From the NCBI GenBank assembly GCA_944390945.1, contig CALXRV010000035.1, positions 37,958-101,957 on the forward strand: 64,000 nt of DNA. Reading direction: 5' to 3'. Each line of letters starts with the position of its first letter. The first letter of the stretch is position 1. A program made the translations under genes and the position numbers. The stretch is from an uncultured Clostridia bacterium (GTDB lineage: Bacteria > Bacillota > Dehalobacteriia > UBA4068). A model generated the notes under the pieces. It made no database searches. It saw nothing but the letters and a program-made list of their open reading frames with translations, and was not told the origin of the DNA. Below, piece after piece: positions 17,833 through 26,933 of this stretch.

Positions 17833-18669
17833 CTATTTGGGCATTGGATCGCCGTTATATTTTTGTTCCAGAAGGGCCGGATTGTTCAAATATCGTTTTA
17901 TCCGGGAAAAGGCGTTTGCAAAATATGTCCCAGAACAAATACGTTCGTCCATCACCACGCCAAGCGGTAGACAACGCTCGATTTTTATACCGTCTTTTTT
18001 CCGCATAGGCACTTCCCGCAGATTCCCCATGGTGATAAACACGCTGGTTGTGCCGAATTCATAAGTATGATGATAGATATGATTCGTGCGGATGCTGGCC
18101 AGATTGGAAATCGTCAACGAAGTGTGGAATGGACTGGCTTTAATCACTGCGCGTGGTAGACCAAAATGTCGATCGACCCATTTGGCGAGCACAATGCCAA
18201 ACCGCAACAATCCAGGAATCCCCAGCAGAATACGAACTGCGCGGTCTGTCTGATTATTCACCCCCGCATGCTGGTTGACCGCAATATATGCATCAATTTT
18301 CTTCTGGACATCGAACACCGTATCCGACAGATCAAAGTAGACTTTGGACATGGTCGCTTCTTCCTCCGCGCCGCTTCTTAGCACGACAAAAGAAACGCAA
18401 AACTCATTGCGGTCATAAATTTTTTTATTGACGATAAAACGGTTCAACAAGGGAAATTCTGCTGCTGCACGCAGATATGCTGCAATCAATAACCCCATAT
18501 GGCTGATCGCATATCCTTCTTGTCGTTTGGCATTGATATAATGGTGTAACGGTTCTACCGGGATATCTAAAGTAATCATATTCATTGCATCATAACGCTT
18601 ATCCATGATATGCGGTACGATCATATAAAGAGGGTCTGCATTCCGAACACGCTTTCCATCTGCGCGCAT
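17833..18669 (-). CDS. Stand-alone 2-oxoacid dehydrogenase E2 / CAT-fold acyltransferase-like protein, non-canonical active site
   Basis: E2 catalytic-domain-like layout (ISHMGLLIAAYLRAAAEFPLLN, TISNLASI). The DHRxxDG position reads DERICSG. Confidence 0.6.
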   Translation of the reverse strand: MRADGKRVRNADPLYMIVPHIMDKRYDAMNMITLDIPVEPLHHYINAKRQEGYAISHMGLLIAAYLRAAAEFPLLNRFIVNKKIYDRNEFCVSFVVLRSGAEEEATMSKVYFDLSDTVFDVQKKIDAYIAVNQHAGVNNQTDRAVRILLGIPGLLRFGIVLAKWVDRHFGLPRAVIKASPFHTSLTISNLASIRTNHIYHHTYEFGTTSVFITMGNLREVPMRKKDGIKIERCLPLGVVMDERICSGTYFANAFSRIKRYLNNPALLEQKYNGDPMPK

Positions 18670-18775
18670 GTTTCACCGCCTTTTCTGTTTCTACCTGTTT
18701 TCATGCAGTAGATGAAGCCGTAGCATGTCGTTTATGCTATCAAATCAATATGAACCGGACATGAAGTAGCAAATT

Positions 18776-19687
18776 TTATTCTCCAAATCCAAGCAGAACA
18801 ATGCCGGCAACAGTTATCGTTATGGCTAGATAATGCCGCAGGGAAAGCTTTTCTTTGAGGAAAATACGGCTCCAAATGACAGACATCATGCAGTAAGCGG
18901 AAATAACGGGTGCAGCAGCGATCGTATTTGCCGCAATGGCAAAGATATAGGCAAATTGCCCGGCAGTTTCAAAAACAGCCGCAATCATTTTTGGCTTTTC
19001 CTGCCGGAAGATAAAACGCTCCTTTTTAATCAAGCACACATAAATGAACGCGGCGACAGCCATTAGTAAAAAGGTTAGCTCATATGCAATATTGGCTGAG
19101 TTCGCAGAACCTTCGCCCAACTTCTCCAGAATCATGCTGTCGGCCAAAGTACCAGCAGCATCGATAAAACAGTAGAGCAGGGGGAATAATAATGCAATCG
19201 CGCTTTTCTCATATTTCAGGTTTTCTCGCTGTTGGCGCAGTAGACGTGTTTCGTCATCGACCAGTCGCTCTACAATGCCAAGACCAACCACACCGATACA
19301 GACGAGAATTACACCTACTGTCTGCAGCATATCCAGTCTTTGATCAAGGAAAATAAAGCAGAGAAGGGAAGCAACCGCGCCAGAACTATTGCAGATGGGC
19401 GAACTGACGGAAAGTTGAATATAACGCAGACCGACATAACCCAGCACCATAGCGAAAATATACAGCAACGAAGCTGGCAGATATGTAATAAATACGGATA
19501 TATCGATGGGGACTTTGTTGACGAATATATCAAACAGAGCATGCAGGCCCATTACTGTACCAACAGTCATGACCATTTTCCAATGGCTTAGCTTATCTTC
19601 GGGTCGGGAACCAATCTTACTGAACAGATCTGAGCCACTCCAGCAGAGCAGTGCTAATAAAGCAAGCGGAAACCACACAGTTGTCAT
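18776..19687 (-). CDS. EamA/DMT-superfamily transporter
   Basis: Roughly 10 predicted hydrophobic helices in two similar halves, with a WSGSDLFSKIG-type EamA N-terminus. Confidence 0.75.
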   Translation of the reverse strand: MTTVWFPLALLALLCWSGSDLFSKIGSRPEDKLSHWKMVMTVGTVMGLHALFDIFVNKVPIDISVFITYLPASLLYIFAMVLGYVGLRYIQLSVSSPICNSSGAVASLLCFIFLDQRLDMLQTVGVILVCIGVVGLGIVERLVDDETRLLRQQRENLKYEKSAIALLFPLLYCFIDAAGTLADSMILEKLGEGSANSANIAYELTFLLMAVAAFIYVCLIKKERFIFRQEKPKMIAAVFETAGQFAYIFAIAANTIAAAPVISAYCMMSVIWSRIFLKEKLSLRHYLAITITVAGIVLLGFGE

Positions 19688-19940
19688 CCTCCTAAAGTTC
19701 GCATGGATTTATTATAGTTATTCATTCCGCATTTGTCAAAGCAGCACGAACATTATTCTATTCTAAATAAAATATGCTATAATAGCAATAATTAAATAGC
19801 AATCTATAATCAACATAAAGGTTTATTATTGTGGCCAGTTAATTGAAAAATAATAATATTTCAATAATTTGCTGTGGAAATAAAAATATGGTATAAAAAG
19901 CAAAACAAGAACGGGATCGTTTATGGAAGGAGGCGCTTTG

Positions 19941-22595
19941 ATGAAAAAATTTTATTTGGAAGATAGTGAATCTGTTTATCAGTATTTCCATACAGGGGAT
20001 CAGGGGTTGAGCACAACGGAGGCGGCAACCCGCTTAACAGCCAATGGAAAAAACAAATTACAGGAAGCAGAGAAAATTTCCCTGCTTCGACGCTTCTTAA
20101 ATCAGTTGGCAGACCCAATGATTATTATTCTTTTGGTGGCTGCTGCCCTTTCTGCCATTATATCTATCTATGAGAACGAAAAGCCAACGGATGTTATTAT
20201 TATTCTGGCTGTCGTTTTATTAAATGCCATTCTTGGCGTTTTGCAAGAAAATAAGGCTGAAAAAGCGATCGATGCGCTGAAAGAAATGAGCGCTGCCACA
20301 TCGAAAGTCTTGCGGGATGGGAAGATCAATATCATCAAAAGCGAAGATCTGGTCGTTGGCGACATCATTTTGCTGGAAGCGGGCGATGCTGTGCCAGCCG
20401 ATGCGCGTTTGATTGAATGTGCTAGCATCAAGGCGGAAGAAGCCGCATTAACTGGCGAATCAGTACCCACGGATAAAACTGCCGATACACTTAGCTTAGG
20501 CGATAGCAAAGATATAACGCTGGGTGATCGTAAAAATATGGTCTATACTGGCAGTTCCATCGTTTATGGGCGCGGCAAGGCGGTTGTCACGGCAACTGGT
20601 ATGGATACGGAGATGGGCAAGATCGCGGATGCCATCGCACAAGCGAAGGAAGGGCAGACGCCCTTGCAGCTGAAGCTGGCGCAGTTAAGCCGCATATTAA
20701 CTTGGTTGGTTCTTGGAATTTGCGTTATCATCTTCGCGTTCAGTTTGCTGAAAAGCGGAGCCTTCAATGCGGAAATTATCATCAATACGTTTATGCTGGC
20801 AGTAAGCCTGGCTGTCGCGGCAATTCCGGAAGGACTGGTCGCTGTAGTGACGATCGTACTCTCGATCGGTGTCACCAAGATGTCGAAAAACCATGCGATC
20901 ATCCGCAAGCTGACTGCTGTAGAAACCCTCGGTTGCGCGCAGGTAATCTGCTCTGATAAAACCGGCACATTGACGCAAAATAAAATGACGGTAGTCGAGC
21001 ATTTCAGCGATGACGAACTACTGCTGGCGCGCGCCTTTGCCCTATGTAATGATGCCATTCCGGATGCCTCCGGCGATGCGACCGGCGAGCCGACAGAAGC
21101 CGCGCTGGTCAATTATGCCACTTCTTTACATGTCGATAAAATGCACTGGCAAGAAAATCAACCACGTGTAGCAGAAATCCCCTTTGATTCGACACGCAAG
21201 ATGATGTCCACCATACACCGCACTGAACAGGGCTTTATTCAATATACGAAAGGTGCACCTGACGAGTTATTACGTATCTGCGACCGGTATTGGAAGAACG
21301 GCCAAGTCCTTCCTTTGGATGAAGCTGCACGCGAAGAAATTTTGTCTGCAAACCGCAACTTTGCGGAAAAAGCACTGCGCGTATTGGGCGCTGCATTTTG
21401 TGAATACAGCGATTTACCTGAAGATGTTTCTGCAACAAAATTGGAAAAAGGCCTGATTTTCCTTGGGTTGGCTGGCATGATCGACCCAATCCGTCCTGAA
21501 GTGGTGGCAGCGGTTAAACAATGTAAATCGGCCGGCATCCGTGTGGTAATGATCACCGGCGACCACCGTGATACTGCGGCTGCCATTGCAATGCAACTGG
21601 GCATCATCACAGATGCATCACAGGCAATTACCGGTGCGCAACTGGATGAGATCAGTGATGAAGAGTTGCAGCAGAGCATTGGCAAATACGCAGTTTTCGC
21701 GCGTGTACAGCCAGAGCATAAAGTACGCATTGTAAACGCTTGGCGCAAAAATAATACCATCGTCGCGATGACTGGTGACGGGGTCAACGATGCTCCTGCG
21801 ATCAAAAATGCAGATATTGGTGTGGGCATGGGCATCACCGGCACGGATGTAACCAAAAATGTGGCGGATATGGTGCTTGCGGATGATAATTTCGCAACAA
21901 TCGTTGCGGCTGTTGAAGAAGGTCGCCGCATCTATGATAATATCCGTAAAACGATCCAATTTCTGCTTAGCGCAAACCTCAGTGAAGTGATCTCAATTTT
22001 CGTTGCAACACTGCTTGGATTTACCATTCTTCAGCCAGCACATTTATTATGGATCAACCTAATTACAGATAGTGTTCCTGCACTGGCGCTGGGGGTGGAG
22101 AAGGGGGAAGCGGATCTGATGCAACGAAAACCACGCCCGGTTAGCGAAGGGATATTTGCCGGCGGCATTGGCGTTGGCGTAGTATATCAGGGGATCACCG
22201 TGGCCTGCCTTACCTTAGCAGCCTATTTTATCGGTCACTATATGGAATCAGGCGTTTGGGAAGCTGCCAACAGTGCCGACGGCACAACCATGGCTTTTCT
22301 TACGCTTTCCATGGCGGAGATCTTCCATTCCTTCAATCTACGCTCACTCCATGGATCACTCTTTACGATGCATTCACACAATAAGTATTTATATGTTTCT
22401 ATGCTTATATCCATGATCTTAACAGCAGGGGTGATTTATGTTCCACCTCTTGCTGAAGCATTTCAGTTTACCAATATCAACCTGCTAGAATATCTTACCG
22501 CCATGGGGCTGGCAATTTCGATTATACCCATCGTAGAACTTGTCAAACTAGGCCAGCGCGCATATTACCAGTCACAGCGAAAGGACTGCCAATAA
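19941..22595 (+). CDS. P-type (type IIA, Ca2+-type) cation-transporting ATPase
   Basis: TGES, ICSDKTGTLTQNKM, MITGDH and MTGDGVNDAPAIKNADIGVGMG motifs. GGAAGGAGG RBS before the ATG at 19941. Confidence 0.9.
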   Translation: MKKFYLEDSESVYQYFHTGDQGLSTTEAATRLTANGKNKLQEAEKISLLRRFLNQLADPMIIILLVAAALSAIISIYENEKPTDVIIILAVVLLNAILGVLQENKAEKAIDALKEMSAATSKVLRDGKINIIKSEDLVVGDIILLEAGDAVPADARLIECASIKAEEAALTGESVPTDKTADTLSLGDSKDITLGDRKNMVYTGSSIVYGRGKAVVTATGMDTEMGKIADAIAQAKEGQTPLQLKLAQLSRILTWLVLGICVIIFAFSLLKSGAFNAEIIINTFMLAVSLAVAAIPEGLVAVVTIVLSIGVTKMSKNHAIIRKLTAVETLGCAQVICSDKTGTLTQNKMTVVEHFSDDELLLARAFALCNDAIPDASGDATGEPTEAALVNYATSLHVDKMHWQENQPRVAEIPFDSTRKMMSTIHRTEQGFIQYTKGAPDELLRICDRYWKNGQVLPLDEAAREEILSANRNFAEKALRVLGAAFCEYSDLPEDVSATKLEKGLIFLGLAGMIDPIRPEVVAAVKQCKSAGIRVVMITGDHRDTAAAIAMQLGIITDASQAITGAQLDEISDEELQQSIGKYAVFARVQPEHKVRIVNAWRKNNTIVAMTGDGVNDAPAIKNADIGVGMGITGTDVTKNVADMVLADDNFATIVAAVEEGRRIYDNIRKTIQFLLSANLSEVISIFVATLLGFTILQPAHLLWINLITDSVPALALGVEKGEADLMQRKPRPVSEGIFAGGIGVGVVYQGITVACLTLAAYFIGHYMESGVWEAANSADGTTMAFLTLSMAEIFHSFNLRSLHGSLFTMHSHNKYLYVSMLISMILTAGVIYVPPLAEAFQFTNINLLEYLTAMGLAISIIPIVELVKLGQRAYYQSQRKDCQ

Positions 22596-22664
22596 CCAAT
22601 TGCAGCGCCGTAAGCCGTAAATTGTGACACTAACACTAACTATATGATATATGATTATAGAGAG

Positions 22665-22701
22665 CAGCTACAGCCGGTACTAATGGTGCCGGCTGTAGCT
22701 G
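22665..22701 (+). terminator. 13-bp hairpin downstream of the ATPase gene (no T-run)
   Basis: CAGCTACAGCCGG...CCGGCTGTAGCTG, about 70 nt after the stop at 22595. Confidence 0.4.
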
Positions 22702-22979
22702 TTAACTGCCGATATGCGATTCTGCAATAGATCACAGATAAATAGCATTTTCCATAAACAACTCATCATAATATATCTTATCGGAAGTTGTGATGCGAAC
22801 AAAATACGTTGTCTGGCTTGCAGATATAACTGCATATATTGCCTTTGGATTTCGTGGACTTGAGCGCTGTTGAATCATAATATCATATCATTAATATAGC
22901 CTAAAATATAGCCTAAGCTGGAATAATAAATTTAGAATGCTCCTGGGATGGTCGGATGGTCGTCAATGATGGACCTTCA

Positions 22980-23270
22980 TTAATATGCAGGAATATAGAT
23001 TAACTGCCCAGGATAAAGCTCTACGCTATCCAATTCATTAATTTCGCGAACCTCATAGATTGCGGCGCGGATATCACCGCTATATTGATAATACTGCGAA
23101 ACGAGGTCCCAAAGCGTATCGCCGCTGCGCACGATGACTGGCTGTAGTTCGCGTGGAATATCATTTGCTTGAGCGGAAAAAGCGCCATAGCTGAAGCTAA
23201 AAATAATAAAACAAAGTGTCAACAAAACCAGGCAGCGTCCTTTTCGTAATGTTCTTTTTGGCGATTTCAT
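22980..23270 (-). CDS. YneA-like LysM-domain membrane protein (candidate SOS-induced cell-division inhibitor)
   Basis: N-terminal TM segment (CLVLLTLCFIIFSF) plus a LysM motif (VRSGDTLWDLVSQYY...GQLIYIP). About 96 aa, divergent from lexA, with LexA boxes in its promoter. Confidence 0.6.
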   Translation of the reverse strand: MKSPKRTLRKGRCLVLLTLCFIIFSFSYGAFSAQANDIPRELQPVIVRSGDTLWDLVSQYYQYSGDIRAAIYEVREINELDSVELYPGQLIYIPAY

Positions 23271-23285
23271 CTTCCCTACCCCCTC

Positions 23286-23396
23286 GAACAAATGTTTTGC
23301 GAACTTATGTTCTATATTTGAAGTGTATCAGAATATATGTTCGATGTCAATGATTTTTTCAGAACAAATGTTTGCATTTTTAGCAAACATTTGTTA
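23286..23396. promoter_or_regulatory. Cluster of Cheo-type LexA (SOS) boxes in the divergent yneA-like/lexA intergenic region
   Basis: GAAC-N4-GTTC-like sites: GAACAAATGTTT, GAACTTATGTTC (perfect), GAATATATGTTC, GAACAAATGTTT and AAACATTTGTTA. Positions are approximate. Confidence 0.7.
23322..23350 (-). promoter_or_regulatory. Promoter of the yneA-like gene
   Basis: The minus strand reads TTGACA, a 17-nt spacer, then TACACT. One LexA box lies in the spacer and two lie downstream. Confidence 0.5.
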
Positions 23397-23400
23397 TAAT
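23392..23400 (+). promoter_or_regulatory. Extended -10 element of the lexA promoter
   Basis: TGTTATAAT, about 55 nt upstream of the lexA ATG, overlapped by a LexA half-site. This fits autoregulation. Confidence 0.5.
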
Positions 23401-23455
23401 TAAAGCAATAAAATATCCGCTCTGCAGCACTGGCTGTTCGAGAAGGAGGTAACCT

Positions 23456-24088
23456 ATGGATTATATCGATCTGAATCCCCGTCAAGCAGCCATTTTGGAG
23501 TACATTAAGCAGGAGATCTGTGATCGTGGCTACCCGCCCTCTGTTCGGGAGATCTGCGAAGCGGTTCAGCTCAACTCGCCTTCCACAGTACATGCTCATC
23601 TTAATACCTTAGAAAAAAAGGGTTATCTGCGACGCGATCCGCTTAAGCCGCGTGCGATGGAGGTTTTGACTCCAGGCTCCGGCAGCCGCAGTGCTCTTTT
23701 CAACCAACATGAAATGGTTGATGTTCCCATTTTGGGGCGGATCAGTGCAGGTTTGCCTGCCTTTGCAGAAGAAAATTTTGATGAATCGTTTCCATTGCCG
23801 CTGGATTTTCTTCATTCCAATAAGCAGCTGTTTATGCTGCGTGTACATGGAGAAAGTATGATCGAAGTGGGAATTGAAGACGGAGATTTGCTGATCGTCG
23901 AGGAAGCGCAAACTGCTCGCAATGGCGAGATTGTTGTTGCCTTGATTGACGATGAAGCGACGGTAAAAACATTTTATCGTGAACCGAACCGTTTCCGGCT
24001 GCAACCAGAAAACCAAAGCATGGCGCCAATTTATGTCAACGATTTGAAAATTATTGGTAAACCGATTGGCCTTTTGCGGCGTTTTTAA
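23456..24088 (+). CDS. lexA: LexA repressor
   Basis: N-terminal winged helix (LNPRQAAILEYIKQEI...GYPPSVREI), an AG cleavage region, an S24 peptidase domain (GESM...) and the catalytic Lys region. Confidence 0.95.
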   Translation: MDYIDLNPRQAAILEYIKQEICDRGYPPSVREICEAVQLNSPSTVHAHLNTLEKKGYLRRDPLKPRAMEVLTPGSGSRSALFNQHEMVDVPILGRISAGLPAFAEENFDESFPLPLDFLHSNKQLFMLRVHGESMIEVGIEDGDLLIVEEAQTARNGEIVVALIDDEATVKTFYREPNRFRLQPENQSMAPIYVNDLKIIGKPIGLLRRF

Positions 24089-24242
24089 CCATCTTTCTCC
24101 ACCACGCCAGACGACAAAGGCGGATACTGCATAATCTTCGTTGGATTTGCAGTAGCCGCCGTTATTGTAAATGAGAGCAATACAGATAGCCGTACAAAAA
24201 GCGGAAATAAAAAATTTTTCCGGAACTTTTCCCGAACAAAGA

Positions 24243-24271
24243 CAGGGCATCAGCAACCAGCTGATGCCCTG
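24243..24271. terminator. 11-bp hairpin between convergent lexA and ynbB-like genes
   Basis: CAGGGCATCAG...CTGATGCCCTG perfect inverted repeat. The T-runs are weak. Confidence 0.45.
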
Positions 24272-24291
24272 CAAATCCTAAGTCATATTCC

Positions 24292-25545
24292 CTACAGTGA
24301 TTTAAGCAAGCCCGCTTCCGCCATATCCTGCAATGTTTGGCTTACCGCATAGATTGTATGATACCGGCTCAAACCACCCTGAAGAAAGGCGAGATACGGT
24401 TCACGCAGCGGTGCATCCGCAGAAAGCTCAATCGAGGAACCAGCGACAAACCCACCGCTCGCCATAATAATATCATTATCATAACCAGGCATCGGCCAAG
24501 GCTCTGGCATAACAAAACTATCGACCGGCGAATAACGCTGGATACCGCGGCAAAAGGCAATCAGGCGCTGTGGTGTTTCCATACAAATGGTTTGGATAAT
24601 ATCTGCGCGTTCCTCATTCGTTCCTGGACTGACCTGAAAGCCAAGCTGCTCTAGTAATGAGGCCGCAAAAACCGCGCCCAGAAGCGCCTCCTGCACAATC
24701 TGGGGTGCCAGCAGCAATGATTGAAAAAATGGCCGGCCATCAGCAAGAGTAGCGCCCATCTCCCTTCCCGCCCCTGGGACAGTCAATCGGCAGGCGGCCC
24801 GTTCAACAAACTGTTCACGGCCGCAGATATAACCGCCACCACTGGCAATCCCTGCGCCAGGATTTTTGATTAGTGAACCTGCGATCAAATCTACATCTTC
24901 ACCTGGTTCAGTCATCTCAACAAATTCACCATAGCAATTATCAACAAAAATGATGACCTCTGGGTAGCGTTGCTTGATGGCGGCAGCGATGCGATCAATC
25001 TCTGCCACATGCAGTGAAGGACGCAGACTATAACCGCGCGAACGTTGAATCGCCACCATACGCGTTTTTGGCTTGATTGCGGCGACGATCGCATCTGCAT
25101 CCAGGGCAGAAAAATCCACATCCAAAACGCGGCAGGATACCCCCATTTCTTTTAGGCTGCAAGGGACATTGCGCTTCAATCCGATTACGGTTTGCAATGT
25201 ATCATAAGGTAGCCCCAGACAAAGCAGTTCATCCCCAGGCAGCAGATTGCCAAACAAGGCCAAGCTAATCGCATGGCTGCCCGAGACAATTTGCTGCCGC
25301 ATCAACGCTGCCTCGGTGGAGAACACACGGCTATATAGCGCCTCCAGCTTGTCCCGTCCGGCGTCATTATAGCCATAGCCGCTGCTGGTTGCGAAATGCG
25401 TAGTGGAAACATGCTCTGCGCGGAAGGCTTCCAAAACGCGGTAGAAGCGTGCTTCACAGATCTCCGCAGTGCGTTCGGCATATCTGTCCATGTCCCGTCT
25501 GGCCAGCCGGATTGCCTGATCCAACTTCGTTTTGAAATCAGTCAT
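24292..25545 (-). CDS. ynbB: YnbB-type PLP-dependent Cys/Met-metabolism family protein ('aluminium resistance' family)
   Basis: About 417 aa with the FATSSGYGYNDAGRDKLE motif typical of this family. 8-nt overlap with the upstream spoVK-like gene. Confidence 0.75.
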   Translation of the reverse strand: MTDFKTKLDQAIRLARRDMDRYAERTAEICEARFYRVLEAFRAEHVSTTHFATSSGYGYNDAGRDKLEALYSRVFSTEAALMRQQIVSGSHAISLALFGNLLPGDELLCLGLPYDTLQTVIGLKRNVPCSLKEMGVSCRVLDVDFSALDADAIVAAIKPKTRMVAIQRSRGYSLRPSLHVAEIDRIAAAIKQRYPEVIIFVDNCYGEFVEMTEPGEDVDLIAGSLIKNPGAGIASGGGYICGREQFVERAACRLTVPGAGREMGATLADGRPFFQSLLLAPQIVQEALLGAVFAASLLEQLGFQVSPGTNEERADIIQTICMETPQRLIAFCRGIQRYSPVDSFVMPEPWPMPGYDNDIIMASGGFVAGSSIELSADAPLREPYLAFLQGGLSRYHTIYAVSQTLQDMAEAGLLKSL

Positions 25546-26569
25546 ATGCGATCGATATCTCCTCTGTAATCTTATCCTCTCCATGATTCATATATATAAT
25601 TTCCCCTGCTGCGCATTTTTCCTGCCGCTTTTGCGCAAGGCGACGGGCTGCGGAACAAATATCCACCGCCTCGATACGGCAGAGCATTTCCTTATTCTGC
25701 ATCGCTGCAGTTACGCTCTCTGTTAACCGTACCGCCTGCATACGCAGAGAAGCTTCCACGAGATTTCGTACGCTGCGGGCATTACCGCGTACAGCAGCCG
25801 GCAAAGAAGCTTTGGCGTGCAACAAACAGCGTTCAAGCTCACGCATGGCGGCTTCGCTAGGTTGGTATTGCCGCTCCTGATACATGCAGTCTGCAATCTG
25901 CAACAGCTCTTCCGTGCTATAATCCGCAAAATCTACATGCAGTGGAAAACGAGAGCGCAACCCGGGATTACTTTCCAGGAATTCCTGCATTTCACGCCGG
26001 TAACCCGCCAATACAAGCACAAAATCGTTCTTATGATCCTCCATACCTTTGACCAAAGCATCAATTGCTTCGCGACCAAAATCCTTTTCTCCGCCCCGTG
26101 TCAGGGAATACGCTTCATCAAGAAACATTACGCCACCCAATGATTTGCGAATCTGCTCACGCGTACGCTGTGCCGTATGCCCGATAAATTCTCCCACCAG
26201 ATCTGCACGTTCCACTTCAACCAGATGACCTTTGCTCAATACCCCCATTTCACGATAAAGCTTTGCCATCAATCTGGCTACCGTCGTCTTGCCACTACCA
26301 GGATTCCCGCTGAATATCGCGTGCAGCACCGTCGGCTCGGCCTTCAATTGTTCACGCTTGCGGCGCTGTTGAACGGTTGTATAAGCATATACCTCATAAA
26401 AGAGGGTCTTTACTTCATCCAAGCCAATCAGCCGGTTAATCTCAGCAAAAGTCTGCCGCACACCATCGCGCTCGGTTGGGGGTTCTGTCTTGGGCTTATA
26501 TGCTGGCGTGACTGAAGCAGACGACGCGCTGACTGCCGTATGGTCCCGCATGTCAAATCTTAATTGCAT
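25538..26569 (-). CDS. spoVK: SpoVK/CbbX-type AAA+ ATPase
   Basis: GLDEVK, Walker A GNPGSGKTTVARLMAKLY, Walker B MFLDEAYSL, and the GYRREMQEFLESNPGLRSRF signature. Confidence 0.8.
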   Translation of the reverse strand: MQLRFDMRDHTAVSASSASVTPAYKPKTEPPTERDGVRQTFAEINRLIGLDEVKTLFYEVYAYTTVQQRRKREQLKAEPTVLHAIFSGNPGSGKTTVARLMAKLYREMGVLSKGHLVEVERADLVGEFIGHTAQRTREQIRKSLGGVMFLDEAYSLTRGGEKDFGREAIDALVKGMEDHKNDFVLVLAGYRREMQEFLESNPGLRSRFPLHVDFADYSTEELLQIADCMYQERQYQPSEAAMRELERCLLHAKASLPAAVRGNARSVRNLVEASLRMQAVRLTESVTAAMQNKEMLCRIEAVDICSAARRLAQKRQEKCAAGEIIYMNHGEDKITEEISIAYD

Positions 26570-26696
26570 GCTAGTTCCCTCTTTGTTTAAGATTTTGTTT
26601 GTCATCCTATGCACAAAGACGGCAGCTGTGCTGGTACCATAAAATTATTAGCAAAAGAAAAGAGAGAGGCGGACCATATTTGCCCGCCTCTGCCCT

Positions 26697-26933
26697 TTAT
26701 TCCGCATCCAGCGCCGGGATATCAAGCTCAATCGTTCGCGCCGGGATGATCGTGCTGATCGCATGCTTAAATACCATCTCCTGTGTATCGCCACAAAGAA
26801 GAATAACGGTATAATCATCAAATGCCTTGATCAGCCCTTTCATCTGAAACCCGTTGATCAAATAAAACGTTGCCGGGATCCGCTGTTTGCGTATGGCATT
26901 GAGAAAACGTTCCTGTAGTCCGGTCGGCTTCAT
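26697..26933 (-). CDS. hfq: RNA chaperone Hfq
   Basis: LQERFLNAIRKQRIPATFYLINGFQMKGLIKAFDDYTVIL Sm1/Sm2 motifs. AGGAGGAGG RBS. Confidence 0.9.
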   Translation of the reverse strand: MKPTGLQERFLNAIRKQRIPATFYLINGFQMKGLIKAFDDYTVILLCGDTQEMVFKHAISTIIPARTIELDIPALDAE

